Source: a virus | Strand: one strand, 5' to 3' | Virus record (IMG/VR): IMGVR_UViG_3300037244_000020 | Coordinates: 26,838 to 90,837 of that record | Length of the DNA: 64,000 bases | Shown here: in pieces, positions 55,529-64,000 of the stretch | How positions within the stretch are numbered: the first letter of the stretch is position 1 | Layout of the letters: each line of letters begins with the position of its first letter | Made by a program: the position numbers and the translations under genes | The notes under the pieces: model-generated | What the model saw: only the letters and a program-made list of their open reading frames with translations | The model's database searches: none | What the model was told of the DNA's origin: nothing

Positions 55529-56017
55529 TTACGCATTAAACAGGTCTTTCAGAGCGAAGTCAAGCGCATATTCAGCCGATTCGAACCTCGGGAACGCTGT
55601 CGTCAACCAACTCGGCACATCGTTGTCGAAGAAGTGCTGGATCGGAACCACAGCCCATACGCCGATCGGGGCGTGATGGACGAGGACGGCTGTGACAGCG
55701 CCTGCGAGCGAGTGCCGGTACAACCGAGCGACTGCGTCGCGCGAATAGTTCTTCTTCGGCAGTCGTTCGGCGCTTTGCACCTCCTTGACTTCCAGGATGC
55801 CGTACCGCCCCGCGTAAGTCACTCGGAAGTCGCCGGCCACTGGCGTGAACCGTCCACCTGCTGCGTGCGCGTCAGGGATACGCTCCCAGTGAAACGCGAC
55901 GCCCCGCCGTTCAGCTAACCGCTCGCAGTACTTCTTCACAGCGCCCTCAGCCGTCTTGCCGCGCCCGGCCAGCGCCTTCTTCGCCTTGTAGTCGGTGAAT
56001 GCGGTTGCGTCGCTCAT
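55529..56017 (-). CDS. Holliday junction resolvase-like PD-(D/E)xK nuclease
   Basis: GRGKTAE; GDF; LEVKE. Confidence 0.7.
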   Translation of the reverse strand: MSDATAFTDYKAKKALAGRGKTAEGAVKKYCERLAERRGVAFHWERIPDAHAAGGRFTPVAGDFRVTYAGRYGILEVKEVQSAERLPKKNYSRDAVARLYRHSLAGAVTAVLVHHAPIGVWAVVPIQHFFDNDVPSWLTTAFPRFESAEYALDFALKDLFNA

Positions 56018-56129
56018 TGTTTGATCCACTTTGCCATTCGGTTGTGGAGCGGGACGAAAAACTGGTTCATGGCGTAACCAGTCCTGCCGATCTTGAGAAG
56101 CGCCCACGCGACAGGCCATAAGGCCCGTT

Positions 56130-56351
56130 TCACGCAGCCCTCCGTACACGTTTCTCATAGTCTTCCTGGCACTCGGACAGCCCATCCCCCAGCGCTGCGC
56201 AGAACAGCTTGCCTGGCTCCAAGTCAGCTTCACAGTTGTGGCACATGCAGATGGGCGCGAGTTGCGGGCCGGTATTGCGCCGTACGGCCGCCAAGCGGGC
56301 GCTGAGTTCGAGTTGAATGGTTTGATCTGCGTTATCTGCTATGTCGGACAT
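56130..56351 (-). CDS. TraR/DksA-like C4 zinc-finger protein
   Basis: MSDIADNA; CHNC...FC...EC..DYE. Confidence 0.7.
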   Translation of the reverse strand: MSDIADNADQTIQLELSARLAAVRRNTGPQLAPICMCHNCEADLEPGKLFCAALGDGLSECQEDYEKRVRRAA

Positions 56352-56376
56352 TTAAATTCCCCCGGTTACTGTTAAA

Positions 56377-59300
56377 TTACGCCGCTGCAGTTTGTGGGTA
56401 GTGCTGTGGGAACAATTCCCGCAACGCGCCCTCAATAGCTTCGGTCGTCGGTTGATCGCCAATTTCGATCAACTCTTTGAAGTTTAAGCCAATTCCGATG
56501 CTGGACTCAATCGGAATAAACATGTCGGCGTAACGCTGTGTCATCAGCGCGTGCAGTTCTTGGGTGAACGCAACGAGGTCTTCCCGACCGCAGGAGAATA
56601 CCAACTCGTCATGCACCACAGCGATAAACTCCACGTCGTACCTGACGAGCAACTTCGCGCGCCAGATACGGCCCATAGCCAACTTGGTCATCTCAGCGCA
56701 CGACCCCTGGATCTCGAAGTTGACCGCCTGCCGCTCGGCGCCGCTGCGAATACCCCAGTCGGCAGAAGCAAATGCTTCGTCCAGATGGCGTCGGCCGCCC
56801 AAACGTGTCAAGGCGTAGCCGCGCTTTTTCGCGATCGGGATGACATCGTCCTTCTTCCATTCTTCCGCACGCCAAAACGTCGCGTGCTTCGCGTCGAGAT
56901 AGGACTGTGCCTCTTCCTCCGGGACCATCAGCGTTTGCGCCATCTTCGGGGCTTGCGCGCCGTACTCGCTCGCAAAGTTCGTTGTCTTGGCCTTGATGCG
57001 CGTCGCCTTGACCTGCGCATGCAGCAGGTGGTCTTTATTGTCGATCGCTTCTGCAAACACCTCGTAAGACATCTCAGCGTTGATCTTCTTCTGCGCAATC
57101 GATACGCCTGTGAGGTGGTGCATATCACGTTTGTTCTCGCCCACGAAGCAGGACGTCATCGCCTCGTCGCCTGATGTGTCAGCGATCACACGTAACTCCT
57201 GAGCCTTGAAGTCGAGTGCTACAACTACCGCGTCTTTGTGATGCGATTCGATGTTCTGACGGAAATCCCCCTTGGTCTTCGGCCACTGCGCTTTGTTCGG
57301 CTTATTCGGAGCAAAGCGCCTGGTCGCGGTCATGCACTGTCCGTCCGATCCGTGAATGCGGCCGGTCTTCCAGTGCTGCAGATAGCGGTAGGGCTTATAG
57401 AACAGTTTGCGGCGGGTTGCCACAGCCCGCATCGTGTGCAGTGCATCGAGCACCTCCACAGCCGCCGCATGCGTCTCGTTGTCATAGAACTTCGCTGAGG
57501 CGATCGCGAGTGCATCTGACTTTGGCGAACCTACGGCGCGGCTCCCATGCGCTGCCTTCTCCGCTGCGGTTGGCCGGTTGCGTACGCGAATCGGCAGCGC
57601 CATCGTCTCATACAGCAGCTTCTGCATCTGCTTCGGGCTGTCGACGTTCAGGTTCGGCTCGCCCTTGAAGAACTTGCGGGCGTAGGCTTCGACAGGTTGC
57701 GTGTCGCCGTTCGCAGTGGTTGCTTGCAAGTACAATTCGCCCAGCGTCTCGCCGCCGTCCTCAGCGGCCATCAGCGCCGCCAGCTTGGCTGGCGTACGTG
57801 TCTGGCTCTTGAACTCCCGACCAGTGACGACTTGGAAGATCTGCTTCATGCTCGCGGGTTCGAGCGTCACTTCAGGCAACTCTACGCCATCCCATTTCTG
57901 TTCAATCAGGTAAGCCCGGACCTTCTCCCATGCAGCCTCGTGCAACTTGTCGTCCTCGCGCTCTTGCTTACGCATCGTCTCGCGGTTGAATTTGAAGCCA
58001 GTGACCATACCAGCCGCGACGAGGTACGCTGCATCGATCTCCACTTCCCGGTACAAGTCGAACGTTCCCTCCAATTCCAAGATGGTCTGGTAGTGGTTGC
58101 GCAGCGCTGATGTGACGATCGTGTCGTCCGTGCCGTAAGCGAAGACTTCCTGCGGCGTCAGTTCGTTCATCTTACGGCCCTGCGTCACTTCCTCGTAGCT
58201 GACCTGCTCGTAGTCTAGCCGCAGCTTCGCCTGTGCTTTCAGACCCACCCTCACGTTCTCGTCGACGTAAGACGCTTGGAAAATCGTGTCATCAATCCGG
58301 GGCAGAAAGCCACAGTCCCAGTCTGGGTTCTCGCCTATGTAGTCGATCAGGTTGAGGAAGAACACGACCAATTCGAAAGACGAGTTATGGACGCTGTACC
58401 GGATCTCGCGATCGGACTTGATCAGCTTGTCCAAGAACAGGTAAAGCTGCTCCGGCGTGATGTTCTTGTCGGTCTCGTGATTTACGGTAAAGTAAAGCGT
58501 GTGCTGCTGGTTGTCGCCGAACGTAATGCCCATCCCCGCGATAATCTGCGCGATGATGTCGATTCCCTTTGGCGCGTCTTCCTCGTCCTGGTCATTGACC
58601 GCACGCAGCCACTCATCGCTTTCCTGGGGCGTGAAGGACTCCAAGTCGATCGATACCCAAGGAGATTGCCGAATTCTGGCCCACACGTCGCTCGCCATAA
58701 GCTGCGCGAAGTTGCCTGCATGGATGATGCGACGCTGCTGGTAGAGCTTGTCGAAACGCTCGTCGGGATGCTCACCTTCTGGCTTCTCCAGCGTCATGCC
58801 GGGGGACCAGACCAGTTTCTTGCCCGGCACGTTGACGAGGTGGTCAAGGAAGCCTGCTGCCCGGTAGCAGCGTCTTACCGTGTCTGCTGAGTCGAGGATC
58901 TTCTGCAGCGGCTTTAGCTGTTTCGCGTCTTCCTTCAGTTCGTCCCACTCGCCCGCTTCGATGATCTTTTCGAGCGCTCTGAGGCCGTCCTCTTCGCAGG
59001 CTACGTAGAGATCGATAAAGCCTTTGTCGCCGACGCCTTTAGCGCCGGGCAACTTGTCGCTATCGTCGCCAACGATAGCCTTATAGAGTCGGATGAACTC
59101 GAACGGGAAAGGGCCGTAGGGGTTCTCGTCGACGTTGACAGCCTTCGACTGGTAGCGAAGGCTGCAGCCTTCGACGTCTGCGAGCGCAAATGAATCTCCG
59201 TCGTCCATCACGACGACCCGCTCGCTCTTCAAGTTCCTCGCGAGATAGGCCACCACATCGTCGGCCTCTAGGCCATCCTGCTTGACAAATGTTGAACCGA

Positions 59301-59664
59301 GGCGCTTGAAGAAGGTCTGTACCCACTCCTCCAGTTTGTTGTATTCGTCCATCTGCTGCTGCGGACGCGGGGCGCGTTGTTTGTAGCCTGGAAAGATGTT
59401 ACGGCGAATTGCCGTACCGTGGTCCCCCTCAAGCACGAAGATGATGTCGATCGGCGCTGCGTTCAGGTCCCTCAACGTCGCGCTGACGCTGTTCAGGAAC
59501 TTTTCCCGACCGTACTGCCAGCCATTGACCTGTACGGTCTTTCCTTCGAATTCGACTTTGCAGCCGAATTCCTTGTCGACTCCGGCGAAGTAGCAACGCT
59601 TGAGCACGCTGCTAACGTCGTAAATTACATGGCGGCGGTTACGCATTTTTGGACTCCTGCTCAC
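56377..59664 (-). CDS. polA: Family A DNA polymerase with 5'-3' and 3'-5' exonuclease domains
   Basis: EADDV, GDDSDKLPG.KGVG; IDLE, HNSSFE; LDFKAQELR, KTTNFASEYG, VHDE. Confidence 0.93.
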   Translation of the reverse strand: MSRSPKMRNRRHVIYDVSSVLKRCYFAGVDKEFGCKVEFEGKTVQVNGWQYGREKFLNSVSATLRDLNAAPIDIIFVLEGDHGTAIRRNIFPGYKQRAPRPQQQMDEYNKLEEWVQTFFKRLGSTFVKQDGLEADDVVAYLARNLKSERVVVMDDGDSFALADVEGCSLRYQSKAVNVDENPYGPFPFEFIRLYKAIVGDDSDKLPGAKGVGDKGFIDLYVACEEDGLRALEKIIEAGEWDELKEDAKQLKPLQKILDSADTVRRCYRAAGFLDHLVNVPGKKLVWSPGMTLEKPEGEHPDERFDKLYQQRRIIHAGNFAQLMASDVWARIRQSPWVSIDLESFTPQESDEWLRAVNDQDEEDAPKGIDIIAQIIAGMGITFGDNQQHTLYFTVNHETDKNITPEQLYLFLDKLIKSDREIRYSVHNSSFELVVFFLNLIDYIGENPDWDCGFLPRIDDTIFQASYVDENVRVGLKAQAKLRLDYEQVSYEEVTQGRKMNELTPQEVFAYGTDDTIVTSALRNHYQTILELEGTFDLYREVEIDAAYLVAAGMVTGFKFNRETMRKQEREDDKLHEAAWEKVRAYLIEQKWDGVELPEVTLEPASMKQIFQVVTGREFKSQTRTPAKLAALMAAEDGGETLGELYLQATTANGDTQPVEAYARKFFKGEPNLNVDSPKQMQKLLYETMALPIRVRNRPTAAEKAAHGSRAVGSPKSDALAIASAKFYDNETHAAAVEVLDALHTMRAVATRRKLFYKPYRYLQHWKTGRIHGSDGQCMTATRRFAPNKPNKAQWPKTKGDFRQNIESHHKDAVVVALDFKAQELRVIADTSGDEAMTSCFVGENKRDMHHLTGVSIAQKKINAEMSYEVFAEAIDNKDHLLHAQVKATRIKAKTTNFASEYGAQAPKMAQTLMVPEEEAQSYLDAKHATFWRAEEWKKDDVIPIAKKRGYALTRLGGRRHLDEAFASADWGIRSGAERQAVNFEIQGSCAEMTKLAMGRIWRAKLLVRYDVEFIAVVHDELVFSCGREDLVAFTQELHALMTQRYADMFIPIESSIGIGLNFKELIEIGDQPTTEAIEGALRELFPQHYPQTAAA

Positions 59665-60118
59665 GCAACATCAACTCCAGCCGTGCCAAGGCGTTCCACG
59701 CGAGGTGGGCGGCGTGCAGCAGCGCTGTGTCCTCGTCACACTCCTCGATGTTTTCCTTCAGCCGATGCCGATCCATCGCGTCGGTATAGCGTGCAACGCC
59801 GTTCTCGACGCTCTGCCAGCCTCCGTCCGTATACTTGTTCGCCCCGTAGGTGCCGACTTTAGCGACTTCCATCAGCGCCCGCGACATTTGCGTGATAATC
59901 AAGGACGGCCGCGTCTTGCCTGCGTCCAGCTTCGCCCCGGGCGCGTGGGGATCGAGGCCGTTAGGGTCGCGCTCAGACCATATCGTTGTCTTGGGTGTAG
60001 CCCAGTGTGCTATCAAATCTTCGCTGGATAACTTGTTCATGGTCTGGGCTATAGCGCCAGCTAGAAATGTGAGGCCGCTGGTCCCTAAGGCGTCTCTCTG
60101 TGCTTCTTCGTTATTCAT
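59639..60118 (-). CDS. dATP/dGTP diphosphohydrolase-like (DUF5664)
   Basis: GAKLDAGK; YGANKY...W; RY.DAMDRH; D.DT.LLHAAHLAWNAL. Confidence 0.8.
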   Translation of the reverse strand: MNNEEAQRDALGTSGLTFLAGAIAQTMNKLSSEDLIAHWATPKTTIWSERDPNGLDPHAPGAKLDAGKTRPSLIITQMSRALMEVAKVGTYGANKYTDGGWQSVENGVARYTDAMDRHRLKENIEECDEDTALLHAAHLAWNALARLELMLREQESKNA

Positions 60119-60265
60119 GGTCTTTGAGGTGGGTTATGGAATGGGCGTTCTTTTCAACTTTCATGTTCTACGCAGGGCTGCCGAGCCTCGCCAAGCGCAC
60201 GATTGAGAATCCGCGAACCGGGCTGCAATACTTGGGGTGGAGCGTGGCCCGGTTCGCTCTGCTGT

Positions 60266-60673
60266 CTAATCTGGGGCCGTGACTTCTGGCACTTCACCAC
60301 CGAATTCGGAAGCGACGAAGGCGCGCATCGCTGCGATAAGTGGCGAGGTTCCTGGCATCCCCTGGCTGCAGTCAGAGTCTATGACCCCCAGATCCGCGTC
60401 ATAGTACCCGTGCTCGTTACTCCCGGGATGCGCAGCGTAGAACTGACCTGCGTCGGCCCATACAGCGACGCGCTGCTCTTCAATGATCTGGCCGCCTTGT
60501 ACCCAGTTCGTCGAAGGAGTCCAACAAGAACGCTTACATACGAACCGCTCGAACGGCGCTTTATCCGCTTCGTGATACCAAGCATCGACTGAGTCAGCCG
60601 GGTAATCGATCCACCCCAACGCCTTCGCCACCCAGTAATCGAGCAGCGGCCCTTCCAACTCAGAGACTCTCAT
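60266..60673 (-). CDS. NinX/DUF2591-like protein
   Basis: ELEGPLLDYWVAKA; PSTNW.QGG.IIE; PLIAAMRAFV. Confidence 0.8.
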   Translation of the reverse strand: MRVSELEGPLLDYWVAKALGWIDYPADSVDAWYHEADKAPFERFVCKRSCWTPSTNWVQGGQIIEEQRVAVWADAGQFYAAHPGSNEHGYYDADLGVIDSDCSQGMPGTSPLIAAMRAFVASEFGGEVPEVTAPD

Positions 60674-61335
60674 CACAACTCCTTCAGCGCGCGCCGCATG
60701 TTCCAAGACAGCGAATCGCATTTGTTCAGCAGCCAATCTACATAATCGTCCGGCAGATCCGAAAGCTTCGTGCCTTTGTGCTTCCCGAAGCCGATCGTCG
60801 TCGGACGCTGCATCATGCAGCTTTCCAAGATGTGCCACGAAGTCTTCTGCAGCATCCTGTTGATCAGTTCCTGCGTCGTAATGCAGTCGCCGAGTGCTGA
60901 GTGAGCCAACGACTTGCCCAGGCCCAAATGCTCGCGCAGGAAGTCCAGAGAGTGCTTCGGCGCGTCGACGAACACGCGCGCAGCTTTCAACGTGCAGCCC
61001 ACCTCCAGCGACGACGGGTAGACGCCGTCGAGGTACTGCATGTCGTAGCTCGCAAAGTTGTGTCCGACCACGAGCGCGAACTCGTTCTTCGTCAGTTTCA
61101 ACGCTGCGGGAAGCACGTCCTGCAGCGAAGGCGCGTCTTTGACCATCTCGTCAGTAATGCCGTGTACCTTCATGGCTCCCATCGGGATCGGGATGCCCGG
61201 GTTGATCAGGCTCTCGAAACGCTCGACTTCTACGAGGCGGTTGTCCTTCAGGTCGCACAGGATATGCGCGTATTCGACAATCCGCGCGTCCGGGCCGAGG
61301 CCGCTTGTTTCGGTATCCGCAACGAAGATTTTCAC
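60673..61335 (-). CDS. DnaQ-like DEDDh 3'-5' exonuclease (ExoX-like)
   Basis: ADTETSG; VHGIT; GHN..YD; HSALGD; FGKHKG. Confidence 0.88.
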   Translation of the reverse strand: MKIFVADTETSGLGPDARIVEYAHILCDLKDNRLVEVERFESLINPGIPIPMGAMKVHGITDEMVKDAPSLQDVLPAALKLTKNEFALVVGHNFASYDMQYLDGVYPSSLEVGCTLKAARVFVDAPKHSLDFLREHLGLGKSLAHSALGDCITTQELINRMLQKTSWHILESCMMQRPTTIGFGKHKGTKLSDLPDDYVDWLLNKCDSLSWNMRRALKEL

Positions 61336-61403
61336 ATTGTTTCCTAGTTTCGTAGGGCAAAGAGAAACCCGGCCGAAGCCGGGTCCAATCAAGCGCTTAC
61401 AGA

Positions 61404-62309
61404 TTAACCAAGGTCAACCGGCGCCGTCTTCCCGTGCGATGGGATGACGTTGAAGTAGCTCTTACCGTTCGCGTTCTTCGCACGTTCCGTGGTGAATCGA
61501 ACGACAGGGTGTCCTGACGTCTCAACGATACGGCCCATGCGCGCAGCGATGCCGCGATTCATGACGTACGAATTGAACTTGTCCTTCGACTGCGGAGCCA
61601 GTTGCAGCGCGACTATTTCGTTCATGTGTTCAAAGCCAGCCTCCTCAGCGTCGAGTGCGATGCCGTACAGCATTGTGTACTCTTTGACCGAGGCATTCTC
61701 GAAGCCGAGGCTGCGCAGATGGTCCTTGTACTCCTCGACCGTCTTTCCGCTCCACTCGTCGTCGTCGCCCGCAGCCTTGATCGTCTTGCCGTCGTCGGAG
61801 AACCGCACCAGTTTCTTCGACGCTTCGTCATCAGAGCCGGGTGCCACATTCCACGTCGGGCCGTAGCTGACCACTTGGATTTCGATAAATTCGCCCGCGT
61901 CCTTGCCCTCAGCCGAAGCGATATGGCCCGAGTCAACGCGCAGTCGCGGGAAAGTTTTGTACGTAACGTCGATTCCGTTCTTGGCGAACGCGTCCTTCAG
62001 ATCGGCGAGCGGGTTGACGAAGTTCTTGCTGCTGGAGAACATCGTCTTGAGCGCGCCACCCTCAGTACGGGCGATGACGGCGGTAGACTTCGCCGGTGCC
62101 TCTTGCTTTGCGACGACTTCATCCTTCACCGCCGCAACTTCCGGCTGCTTCTCTACAACCTTCGGCTCGTCCTTTTGCACGTCGGCGCGCGTCACCGTCT
62201 TGACTACTTCCTGGGCAACTTCGGCGCCTTGACCTTCTTCCTGCTCGAATTCCGGTGCTGCGGAGGCTGCTTGATCGGCTGCTACGTGCTTCGATTTGAT
62301 GATGCCCAT
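61404..62309 (-). CDS. Hypothetical replication-region protein (possible ssDNA-binding protein)
   Basis: 301 aa; acidic disordered N-terminus; beta-rich core; own promoter. Confidence 0.6.
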   Translation of the reverse strand: MGIIKSKHVAADQAASAAPEFEQEEGQGAEVAQEVVKTVTRADVQKDEPKVVEKQPEVAAVKDEVVAKQEAPAKSTAVIARTEGGALKTMFSSSKNFVNPLADLKDAFAKNGIDVTYKTFPRLRVDSGHIASAEGKDAGEFIEIQVVSYGPTWNVAPGSDDEASKKLVRFSDDGKTIKAAGDDDEWSGKTVEEYKDHLRSLGFENASVKEYTMLYGIALDAEEAGFEHMNEIVALQLAPQSKDKFNSYVMNRGIAARMGRIVETSGHPVVRFTTERAKNANGKSYFNVIPSHGKTAPVDLG

Positions 62310-62382
62310 TTTAGAATTCCTGATTCACGGTTAAGGTTTAATGTGTGCTGCTTTGTGTCTTCACGCCGTCAGCACAGGAACT

Positions 62383-62411
62383 ACTTTACTACTCGAAAAC
62401 GCTTTGTGCAA
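62383..62411 (-). promoter_or_regulatory. Promoter for the replication genes
   Basis: TTGCAC-N17-TAAAGT, same -35 as the early promoters. Confidence 0.6.
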
Positions 62412-62417
62412 CTACTT

Positions 62418-64000
62418 TCACGCTTTAAATGCCCCCAGCCCATACTCCTCTAACGCAACGGCCGACAAGCGCACGACACGCGGCGCGTTCGTGCCTTTGT
62501 TCAGCGGCGTGTCAGGGGGTGCGACTTCCTTCTTCAGCGAGGACGACTGCAACGCTGCGAGGAACGTATCCGGGTCAGGGAATGCAGGAACCTGGCTGCG
62601 ACGAGAGACGGCCGTGCGGTAGCGCAGATAAAACGCGTCGACATCGATATCCAAGTCCAGACCCGCGCCTGCGTATTCGTACTCAATCCCATGGCGCACG
62701 TTCCATTCAGCGTCCAAACTGTCCTGATGCGAAATCGTGACCATGAAGCGCAGCAGTTTGACGATTTCGGGCGCGGCCACAAGCGACGCGTAGTTGTTCG
62801 GCTCAATCAACGCTAGACGCAGGTCGGTCAAACGCTGCTCAAAGCGCTCGGCGTATATCTCAGGCATGTGATGCTTCAGCACCATGCCGAGAAACCCCAA
62901 GCCTGAGAGCGCGACGCCTGCGTTATAAACGATCCGGCTATTGCCCGACCGGGCCAGCTTCTCGTTAGCGACTTCGTGGCTGCGGGCGATCAGGTGCTTC
63001 AAGCTGTCCCGCTTGGACGCAGCGGTGCCGAGCAAGAGCAGCTTGCCGATCGCAGCCATCACCTGCGGATTAGCTGCCAAGGTCTGAAACGCAGCGTCCG
63101 CTTTGCCTGCGCGCGCCGCTTTGCTGAACGGTACCGAGATCGTACGCTCCTGAATCGCGGTCTCGGACTCCGCCGTCTCGGTCGTAAAGCACAGCGGCGT
63201 CGTCTTCGTGTCCATCGACAATTCCGCCCACTGGCCCGGCGCGCTGGACCGTGCATCGCCGCCGCCGCGTGGCGCCTGGAACGCGGGCGTGTACATCTCG
63301 TGAATCGTCATGCGAAAGTCGCGCACCGCCTCCAGCGACATCTTGGTGGGCTTGAACTCGTCGACCAGCATCGGAATGGTGCTCGATCCGCTGAACATCA
63401 CGCGCCGCCCATAGGCGGACCCTTGCGACGCATTCATGGCCTTAGGCTCTTCCTTGGCGTAGAACATCTTGAGCAACTGCAGGAATAGCTGCGTCTTGCC
63501 TGCGCCCGACTCGCCGTACGCTTGGAGAATGGGGAACGCCCCGTGCAGCGCGACATGCAGCGGTTTTTGCCAGCAGGCGACGAACCAGCCGAGCGTGGCC
63601 GCCACGGCGTAATCCGAATTGTTGAAATTCAGCAGCGCTTCTACCACGTCCGCCGCGTTGTCGAACTCGTTGACCTGCGCCGCCGCCATCACATCCGACT
63701 TGTAGTTTCCCGCCTCGCTGCCGGTCGATCCCCGGAACCGATAAGTGTTCTGCGAATCGTGCGCCCAGCAGCCACTCGGGCTGCACCAGATCATCTCCTC
63801 GCCTACCAGGTTAAAGCCTTCCTTGGCAAGCGCGTAGACTTTCCCATTCTGCCTAGCGTGCTGCATGATGAGTGCCAATATTGCTCCTGCTTTGGCGGTA
63901 TCCATCCGAGGGGCAGTGGCGCCCTTGGCTGCCAGAAATCCTTTGAACCGATCCCCGGATGTAAAGATACCGTGGTCTACGTTAATCTCCTGCGTGACGC
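62418..64000 (-). CDS. Primase/helicase C-terminal ATPase domain (partial; frame open to the window edge)
   Basis: FPILQAYGESGAGKT; MLVDEFK; AIQER. Confidence 0.75.
   Translation of the reverse strand, partial: VTQEINVDHGIFTSGDRFKGFLAAKGATAPRMDTAKAGAILALIMQHARQNGKVYALAKEGFNLVGEEMIWCSPSGCWAHDSQNTYRFRGSTGSEAGNYKSDVMAAAQVNEFDNAADVVEALLNFNNSDYAVAATLGWFVACWQKPLHVALHGAFPILQAYGESGAGKTQLFLQLLKMFYAKEEPKAMNASQGSAYGRRVMFSGSSTIPMLVDEFKPTKMSLEAVRDFRMTIHEMYTPAFQAPRGGGDARSSAPGQWAELSMDTKTTPLCFTTETAESETAIQERTISVPFSKAARAGKADAAFQTLAANPQVMAAIGKLLLLGTAASKRDSLKHLIARSHEVANEKLARSGNSRIVYNAGVALSGLGFLGMVLKHHMPEIYAERFEQRLTDLRLALIEPNNYASLVAAPEIVKLLRFMVTISHQDSLDAEWNVRHGIEYEYAGAGLDLDIDVDAFYLRYRTAVSRRSQVPAFPDPDTFLAALQSSSLKKEVAPPDTPLNKGTNAPRVVRLSAVALEEYGLGAFKA

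Noticed and set aside
56377-60118. Z-genome (2-aminoadenine) system
   Set aside because: No PurZ or DatZ is recognisable in the window.
1-64000. Genome-wide TAG reassignment explaining the terL stop
   Set aside because: TAG ends ordinary genes here (e.g. the capsid gene at 19221) and other long genes are uninterrupted; no tRNA gene was recognised.
1-64000. Lysogeny module
   Set aside because: No integrase, CI/Cro pair or partition genes were recognised; the window does not cover the whole genome.

Overview
This window is most of a tailed dsDNA phage genome (siphovirus with a lambda-like M/L/K/I/J tail tip). The two-component spanins and lambda-R-type endolysin indicate a Gram-negative host, and no integrase or repressor is visible. 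Layout: (1) 1-10.2 kb, leftward early region of small genes driven by five near-identical sigma70 promoters, containing a non-coding block (4.75-5.41 kb) with a ~147-bp palindrome and an iteron-like array; (2) 10.6-41.4 kb, rightward packaging, head, tail and lysis module; (3) 41.4-46.2 kb, accessory island of N/Q-rich, FG-rich, Pro-rich and DUF2935-like proteins; (4) 46.2-64 kb, leftward nucleotide-metabolism, recombination and replication module (ThyX, Rad50/Mre11-like, ligase, Dda-like helicase, PolA, DnaQ-like, partial primase/helicase). Four free-standing homing endonucleases are present. Main observations: the large terminase is split inside its Walker-A region (ILYGG|AAGGGKS) by a 57-nt hairpin carrying an in-frame TAG, directly downstream of a GIY-YIG endonuclease (candidate ribosomal-bypass/homing cassette); a 154-aa internally deleted paralog of the major capsid protein has its own promoter in the tail operon; c4-like antisense RNA leaders precede two endonucleases; and there is an uncharacterised N/Q-rich plus DUF2935 island. 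All protein family calls come from motif recognition by eye, not from database searches.
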